Part shown: piece after piece, positions 56,788 through 64,000 of the stretch | Layout of the letters: every line of letters begins with the position of its first letter | How positions within the stretch are numbered: the first letter of the stretch is position 1 | Assembly (NCBI GenBank): GCA_946965045.2 | Contig: OX337230.1 | Location: forward strand, 3,968,001-4,032,000 | Source: Epithemia pelagica | Lineage: Eukaryota; Protista; Bacillariophyta | Direction: 5' to 3' | DNA length: 64,000 nucleotides | The notes under the pieces: model-generated | Databases searched by the model: none | Told to the model about the DNA's origin: nothing | The model's input: only the letters and a program-made list of their open reading frames with translations | Program-made: the position numbers and the translations under genes

Positions 56788-58748
56788 TCATAGTTGTCGT
56801 TTTGGGATGCGATGCCCGCCAGAGTTGACCGCCATGACTGTCTTTACAAAGGACTCTAGGTCATCTCTAGAGCTGTAGTGATACATACGTTCTTCCAGTG
56901 CAGCACTCACGGCAGCTTCGCTACCGTACCGAAAGGTTCCTGCGAACTCATAACCATCAGCGTCTGGACTCAACAGAGCAAATCCCCAATCAATCAGATA
57001 CAGGTTGCCGTTGGCGTCTTGCATGATATTTTCGGGGCGAATGTCCCGATGGAATACCCCAGCCGTATGTACAGTCTTTAAGAAATCCAAAATGCTGGCT
57101 ACATTTCCAACAGACAAAGTTCCAAGAAAGGGCCGCAGTAGCTGATCAAAAAACAACACACCGTTCGAAACCTTTGTGCATTTCAGAATTCCTGCAACTT
57201 TGGACTCCACCAAGCGATCCGATACGGCCTTCTCGTGGTCAGCAATATGCTGTAACCCATCTTTGAATACCTTGATCACTCCATTGTCTCCTCCCCAACT
57301 AGCCGAGTAAACTTTGGCAGTAGCCCCTTCTCCGACAAGGCACAAAACCTTGAGAAGTTTACCATCGACAGGTTCGTCAAACGTGGGAAAGTCTCGGCCG
57401 AGTTCTCTAGAAGACTTGGACAACATTGTAAGTAGTTGGCGTTGTCCTTCGCAACCAGGGAGCAGAGACGCGGGTTTTGTAACCTTGGAAACAAATTGTC
57501 CATCGACCTCCGTTGTTTCGGCCCAGCGGATTACTTGTTCGCCACGAGCGCAGTGGACTAAAGCCGTGTAGGCTCGGCGCCTTCCCCTTTGAATGCACAA
57601 TAATCGCTCACCATAGTCAATAATGTCCATCTGATCAGAGTCTAGAAACTCTTTCTTTTGTGCAAATGCTATTGTAACATCGTATTTTGATTGTGGTAGT
57701 TTGGGCCTCTCATACGAGGGAACCAAGGATTCACCATGAGTACATTCAGTCGTACAAAAATCAGGTTCCACGCCGGCAGATATTCCATTGTCTAATTTGA
57801 GCCAATGGCCTGATTTACTCCAATGTAGTTGCTGGTGAATGGTTCGTCCGGCTTGCACTGCCGATTCGATGAGTGTTGTCATCTCTTTCCAAAAATAACA
57901 ATGGTGGCTGTCGTCCTCGGATGGATCTGGACCATCGCTGCGGAATGCACTTGTCTCCACTGGATCAACTAGATCGAAAAAGAAATCCGTTTGAAAGGAC
58001 ATTCGTTTCTTGGCAATCAGGGATGAGAACGCGTGGCTCTTGGTAACGTAGGAAAGAGTTCGTTTGGGACGCTGCTTGTTCTCAAGAATGCCATGTATGA
58101 GTAGCATTGATTCAACCATTTCCTCGGTACGTCGTACGAGGGAATCGACGGAAAAAAGCTCTTTAGGTAACCAAAAGAGAGGTTGAGCAGTTATGATACA
58201 ACACTACAATCGGAATGCAGCAACAGAGAACAAAACAACAAACCTAAGCCACGCAACTTACCGTTATGCTGCCGGTGAATCGGTTCGTGTCGCCATGCAC
58301 GAGGGATTCCAAACAAGAGGGTTATTTTCAATGGACGACAAACGACGCCATTATCGGATCGGTGATGAAATGAGAGTAGGGAAAAGATGCAGGTAAGTTG
58401 AAAAAAGAGGCTGTGTAGGCTTCCATTCATTTGTGCTGTCCTGCGAAATGGAATGCTGGCAGTGTAGTTCCTCCCAGATAATAGGTGAAATCACGGGCAA
58501 AGAGATTTGAATCTCAACATCGAATACAGATACACCATCACAAATACTTCAAAAACACTCACGAATGGTTGGACCGGTGGACCCAACCGGTAGGTGCCGC
58601 CGTCATCAAGGGATTCAAAGCCGCCCATTTCTGCGCCGTTCGTATCTTCCAGGCACTTGACGCGCTTTCGATGGATATATTGGTTGTATTCTTGGTGATT
58701 GGAGAGTTGCACAGGTTTGCCATCCACAATGATTCGCTTGCGCGCCAT
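56788..58748 (-). CDS. CR-like effector C: ubiquitin-like header + REase-like + protein kinase; middle exon structure uncertain
   Basis: Header exon 58748-58563 followed by a GTGAGT donor and an intron homologous to that of A/B. ORF 56788..58119 has EPDF...AFAQKK...DYGERLL then GEGATAKVY, IKVF, HRDIRPENI, IDWGFA. Confidence 0.7.
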
Positions 58749-59206
58749 GGTGCTGTTCCAATGTTTGGTGAACCGTTTGTGTGATGCTAATAGAGGGAAA
58801 TAAAGGTGGGCGCGACCCCGTGGTCCCAGAGAACAATTTGCAGTCGTCTGGATTTGGCCCATTGCGGCATGGTATCATGGATCACGGGTGTGTTCGTAGT
58901 ACCCGAGAAAAATGTTGCGACACAATGACACATCCCCATTTGCGAAGGTTTCTTCGCAAAATTTCGGCAAAGCGCGACCCGAATCGTGTCGATAAGCAGG
59001 GACTGGTGTGGTGATGGAATGGCAGCTGGAGTTTTGGACGGTTCACATCGAACTTTTTCATCTAGCGTCACGCAAGTTTTGTGCGATACGATCCATGGAT
59101 TCAACACAAAAAGACAAAGACAAACACGGAACAACAACAATACAATCGTAACCGAAAGAAAAAGACACATCAATAACATTGAAAGGAACAACGAAACAGC
59201 AGACCG

Positions 59207-61253
59207 GTGAATAGCAACGACATTGCCAAGCAAAAGCGTCCACTAGGAGATGACGACGACGGTGATTCGAGCAGCAACGGCGCTGGCCGCTGCGGTGGTC
59301 CTGATGGGGAACGCTCAAGCCACGGCATCAGTAGGGGAGGGAAGCACCCGCGGATCGGCCATCACAAGGAAGAATCTTCTCGTGGCTCTAACACTTTTGG
59401 AAACTACCAACCCGCAACAAATGACAAAGACAAGAGTCTCCAAGAAACCATTCGGAAACTGCAAGCACAACTACAGGCACGAGCTGAACAAATACAGGCA
59501 CGAGCTGAACAAATACAGGCACGAGCTGAACAAATACAGGCACGAGCTGAACAAATGAGTCGCTTTTCGTTTGAAACACTTTGGACTGCCAACGCGGAAA
59601 ACTTCAAAGTTGAAAATGCAACATCTCTCTTCTCTCACGCCAAGGACAACCATTTTGGAGCACAAACCGTATTTGACACCAAGTTCCAGCAAAGTGGTCC
59701 CGACCGAGCCATTGTAGGCGCCATGATACGCCCATCGTCTCTTGTTCAAAAATTTCGAATAGGGATGGAAGAAAATGGATTCCAAAAGCATATGGGAGCG
59801 AGGCAGACATTTGCTCTTTCATTTTGGCGGCTGTAGAGGATATTATTTTTCTAGCATAGCAAGCAGGTATCGTCACGGCCAACAAAGTATTTCCCAGGTT
59901 GGAACGGAGTCTTCTCGGGTACCGCCCGGACATTTGATGATTCGAGACGAGGATGGAATCGGATTGGTTGCAATCGTAGTGAAACAGCCTGTTGAGGAAG
60001 CTGAGAGGACGTTGATTGATTATGAAAATGTTGTCGGTCATGCCTATGACCAAGCCCAAGCCATGACCGCTTTCGGGCAAGGAACATCGACCGTCGTAAT
60101 TTCGTCTTTTAAAGAATCCTTTCTTCGCTCCTTGGAGCCGGATGGTCTTTGCTCGGCTGAACACTTACAAGATGACGTCGTGGTTGAGACCGAGACGGCT
60201 AATCAAGCTGCGAAGAATATCAATGTGGCTGAGACCAAGAGATCAGCGATGCGGTGCACTGATACCTCTCCTGGTGTCTCTGGATTTCGAGATATTTCCA
60301 GTCTTTACATCGGGAGTGGAGCTGGTGGTGATTCCAGCAGCTCCACTCCCGATAGAAAGACTGGATCGACCTTTCTTGCTGAGCAAAATCGAAAACAAGA
60401 TCGAAAAATATACTCGACAGCTTCACATCGACCACATGATCTCGTTAGGATGTTGTATGATGCAACCAAGATTGCTAAATCAAAGTACACCACGACTCAG
60501 ATCTTCAAGCTCGATGCTAATAAATCGTACGAGTTTCCAAAGGCACTTTGTGTTGTCGACGGTGAGAAAGAAACATACTGCTGGGGAAAGTTGCAGGCCA
60601 CACTGGGTTACCAGATCGTAAGTAGAAAACACCAGTCCTTGAAACCAACGGCAGCCAAGCAGGAAACGATTGACAGCAATGACAAACAGTCGTATTACAT
60701 TATCGGAAGTCTAGGTCAGGGTTCAACCTCAAACGTCTTTCAAGCTCTTACCTGGGATGGAGAGCACGTTGCCATCAAAGTTTACGTCAAGAGGTATGGT
60801 GACCACTATGAGAGTCTCGACGATTCGGCATTTCAGAATGTTGCAACAGCAGCAGTGGAAAGGGAAAAGGACCATCTCCTCCTCTTCTACCCAGAATTGT
60901 TCGAGGATAAAGTCAAGACTGCAAAACTGTTTGGTCGACCATGCCTTGTCATGCCATTTATTCATCCTTTGACAAGGAATGAGCGATTCGATGCTACTAC
61001 GTTGGCTAGTATGGAAAAAGTTCTTGGGGAACAATTTCTAGGAAAGAACCTTCGATACAGCAAGGACGACGTAAGATGGCGTCATGTTGGGAACTATGCA
61101 AGCAAAGACGGGCCGACGCGAATAGCTTTGTCCAAAACACAATGGACAGTTTCAAAGCTCGCAAGGTCATTGAGAAAGAAACTAAGAGCCCTGTCTTTGT
61201 GTCCAAGGAAACGAATCAAGAGAATGTTCGAGTGTGTGATTTATATTGAATGA
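59207..61253 (+). pseudogene. Degenerate coiled-coil + REase + kinase-like (CR-like) gene
   Basis: Switching frames at about 59760 and 59930 and reading through TAG 59857-59859 gives YGSEADICSFILAAVEDII...RLERSLLGYRPD.LMIRD...IVVKQP...GHAYDQ, then LGQGSTSNVF, VAIKVY, CLVMPF, DDVRWRHVG. Confidence 0.65.
59472..59556. repeat. 21-bp perfect tandem repeat x4 (heptad QARAEQI)
   Basis: TACAGGCACGAGCTGAACAAA repeated 4 times. Confidence 0.97.
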
Positions 61254-61618
61254 GAAGCAGACAAACACGACGACAACCCTTTGGAATCCTGAGCGGATCA
61301 GGTCTCGTGACGAAGATCCATAACGACCAACGATACAGTACTTCCATAATAGAAAAGATATAACTTGTATAACTTGAGCATGGGATTGGTTTGCCAACAT
61401 TCTGCAGCAACACATTCCGGGAACGTGTCACTGATGATTCAAAATTATATCCAAAGGACGAAACTGCCTCGTCCAAACGAGAATATACAACAAGAGATAC
61501 AACCCACCAAGGAATATATCATCCATGAATGCCTCATCATTTGGGTACCAAATCGTTTAAGGTTATGAAACGTGCGCACGCCATGCCAGCAGCAGGAGGA
61601 GGAGGCGAAATCCTCTCA

Positions 61619-64000
61619 TCATGGGTGCGACGACGACACGCGTGCGGCCTCGCGTTCGGTGCGTCCTTGCAACAACAGAGACCGACCCACCCATGTGGTA
61701 CATCGGACGAGTTGATAGACAAAAAAGACTTGCCAGACGGACGCCAATTTTACGGCTGTCGATTGTTGCTTGAGTCGCAACATGGCCGTAGGCACCAACA
61801 CAAACCAAGCCGTATACAATTTGCCGACAAAGGCCAAATCCTTGCGTCCCAACAAGAGTCCTTCAAAGGCTGTTACCGTGGGATGAACCAGCGAGGCAGC
61901 AGCCAAGTAGGGAATGGTCTCGGCCACGACCGCCAAGACGGCCGGATCGGACGTCGACCATTGTGCCAAAAAGGGAATACTGGACATGGCGGCCACCAGG
62001 AAGCCACCCAAGACGACCCCCACCTTGGCCAAATTCGTCATGGTTTGGCGCAAGGCCCGAGCGCGATGCTGTCGGTGCCACGGTGGTTCGTTCGTGTCGT
62101 CGTCGTGTTCCATCAAGAGGGGCGGCACAAAGGATTGGGCCGTCAATCCAAGAGAATCGGCCAGGGGCGTAATGCTATAAAAAAAGCTCAAAATGACTTG
62201 TTGGGCCGCCATGGCCAAGGTCCCCATGGTACTGGATACGACATGACTCATGGCGACGTAACACGAGACGCGACCAATCTGGGTCGACGTGACGGGTAAG
62301 AGGTAGGGCCCAAATGCGCGTCGGACGGCGGCCGAAGGAATCTGGGTCAACTCGTGCAATCGACCCTCCAACAAGCCACGTGTCGCGGCCGCCGAGTTGG
62401 TAGTGGTGGCGTCTGTTGTTGTTGCTGTTGTTGTTGTGGTTGTGGCGACAGGGGACCGCTGACGACGGTACCAATTCCTCCTCCTCGGTGGTTGTGGGAG
62501 GGTGTTGGTTTCCGGAGAAGCGCGTGGTGTTTGGGCATGGACCGAAGTGGTGGTTGTTGTCCTTGTGGATTTACCACCACTGCGCATGAGTTCGAGAATG
62601 GATCGGGAAATATTGACCGTGCGTGCCGTTTTCGTAATCGTCGAGGAGGAGGATGATCGTGGTGGTTCTTTCAGAGTAGTGTCACTCCTTGCTGCGGCTT
62701 TGCGACCCAGCCATTGGACAAAGAGGGCGACGGCCGCATATTGCGAGAGGGTCGTGGCCCAGGCGGCTCCGGCGGCCCCGCCCAACCAGGAAATGTGCGA
62801 TTGTCGCACGAGAATTAAATCGCCGAGCAAATTCACCACGGCCGCCGCCACCAAGACGGCCAGGGGACTTGTGGCATCTTGCAGTCCCAAACAAGCGGCT
62901 TGCGCCGTGCCAATCCAGGCGGCGGCCGGCATGCCCAAGGCTCGAATGCGAACATAGGTCGCGGCTGCCTCGACAACCGCAGGATTTTGGAGGGCACTGG
63001 ACGAGCCCAACAAGAGTCGGACTCCGTGCGGGGCGCCCACAAACAAGACGAGTCCCAAGGCGAGTCCGACGTAGGTGGACAATTGCAAGGACCCGAGCAG
63101 GGTCGACTGGACACTGTTATTGTGGTTGTTTGGGTCGTTGTTTGTGGATTGTGCCGCCGCGACGCGAGCGCGGGCCATGAGATTGGTCGTGCCGGTATAC
63201 AAAAAGGCAATGCACAGGGCACTGTATTCCGTCACGGCCACGGCTGGATTGAGAGCGGCTTGATGCGTCGTGCCGGCCAAGAGTCCGACGGTCGACGTAT
63301 CAATCAAACTGAGCAAGGGACTGCACAACCAAACGCCCGTCGCTGGAATGGCAAAGCGAATCATTTGCCACAAGGTGGGAGCTTCCATCACAGACGACGA
63401 AATAGCAGCAGCAGTAGAAGACAATGGTTCGAGTTGCTCTTGTGGCTCCTGCTCCGGATCCAGTGTCGGAACCGAATCCTTGTCCTCGGGGTGACCCTCG
63501 AGGACCACACTGGCAGCCGTCACAATTGGTGGCGGTGGGTCATCTTGTTCCATGGCAGAACGAGTCGTTGTGGTGGACGATTCGGGAAAGGTTTCGAGTT
63601 GGTCCGCCACTTGTTGGGAGACAAACGAGGCTTCGGCTTCCACAACCGCCTCTTGGGAAGCGGCCAAAATGGCTTGCACGGTATCCTCCGTGGCAGCCAA
63701 GACTGGATCATCTTCTTGTTGCTGTGCTTCTTCCAGTGGTTCTTGGGACAGCTGCGAAACGGAGGAATCCTCCTCCTCCTCCAAGCTGCTTTGTGTCCAA
63801 AACTCTTGGACTTGCTGCGCGGATGGAGTCGCGGCATCTTCTGGTTGTTGTTCCAAAAACTGCCATGTCGCTTGTAGACCCATGACATCTTGCTCGGGAA
63901 GGAACAAACCGTCTTCTTGTGATGAAAGGGACGAATACTCCAGTGCGGCTTGTGGTTGTGGTTGTTCTGTGGATGCATCTTTGCTCCACTCGACAATGTC
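61619..64000 (-). CDS. MATE (DinF-like) efflux transporter; 5' end lies outside the window
   Basis: FAIPATGVWLCSPLLSLIDTSTVG, YVRIRALGMP, QAACLGLQD...PL, LAMAAQQV, DSLGLTAQSF, FEGLLLGRKD. The frame stays open to the window edge. Confidence 0.92.
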   Translation of the reverse strand, partial: DIVEWSKDASTEQPQPQAALEYSSLSSQEDGLFLPEQDVMGLQATWQFLEQQPEDAATPSAQQVQEFWTQSSLEEEEDSSVSQLSQEPLEEAQQQEDDPVLAATEDTVQAILAASQEAVVEAEASFVSQQVADQLETFPESSTTTTRSAMEQDDPPPPIVTAASVVLEGHPEDKDSVPTLDPEQEPQEQLEPLSSTAAAISSSVMEAPTLWQMIRFAIPATGVWLCSPLLSLIDTSTVGLLAGTTHQAALNPAVAVTEYSALCIAFLYTGTTNLMARARVAAAQSTNNDPNNHNNSVQSTLLGSLQLSTYVGLALGLVLFVGAPHGVRLLLGSSSALQNPAVVEAAATYVRIRALGMPAAAWIGTAQAACLGLQDATSPLAVLVAAAVVNLLGDLILVRQSHISWLGGAAGAAWATTLSQYAAVALFVQWLGRKAAARSDTTLKEPPRSSSSSTITKTARTVNISRSILELMRSGGKSTRTTTTTSVHAQTPRASPETNTLPQPPRRRNWYRRQRSPVATTTTTTATTTDATTTNSAAATRGLLEGRLHELTQIPSAAVRRAFGPYLLPVTSTQIGRVSCYVAMSHVVSSTMGTLAMAAQQVILSFFYSITPLADSLGLTAQSFVPPLLMEHDDDTNEPPWHRQHRARALRQTMTNLAKVGVVLGGFLVAAMSSIPFLAQWSTSDPAVLAVVAETIPYLAAASLVHPTVTAFEGLLLGRKDLAFVGKLYTAWFVLVPTAMLRLKQQSTAVKLASVWQVFFVYQLVRCTTWVGRSLLLQGRTEREAARVSSSHP

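Noticed and set aside
59472-59556. Possible CRISPR array
   Set aside because: Repeats are contiguous with no spacers, lie in a coding frame, and the context is eukaryotic with no cas genes.
1-64000. tRNA or rRNA genes
   Set aside because: No cloverleaf or rRNA signature was recognised by eye; a tRNAscan or Infernal run would be needed to exclude them formally.

Overview
Intron-containing eukaryotic genomic DNA, most likely from a pennate diatom. This is inferred from bipartite signal+F-transit presequences, CoDi-like Copia elements and T/N/Q-rich low-complexity inserts. 1-30 kb and 61.6-64 kb hold ordinary host genes: a STAND-type NTPase/helical-repeat protein, TFIIH p34/Tfb4, a 1725-aa disordered protein, a Pro-rich CaaX protein, a NECAP-type PH protein, an ABCC transporter, a prolyl 4-hydroxylase, a CsgA-like SDR, 3-methyladenine glycosylase I and a MATE transporter. 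About 30.3-61.5 kb is an accessory island. It contains (i) a modular Crinkler(CR)-like effector family in which short first-exon 'header' domains are joined through a shared phase-0 intron to restriction-endonuclease-fold or REase+kinase exons, including two near-identical copies whose identity stops exactly at the splice donor and which carry unrelated headers; (ii) a very young full-length Copia LTR element with TA...CA termini plus a truncated relative; (iii) degenerate MBD-domain and DOT1-like genes among TGACG-rich tandem repeats; (iv) Harbinger and hAT MITEs; and (v) a mosaic of copied host-gene fragments. Splice models and domain calls were made by eye without database searches.
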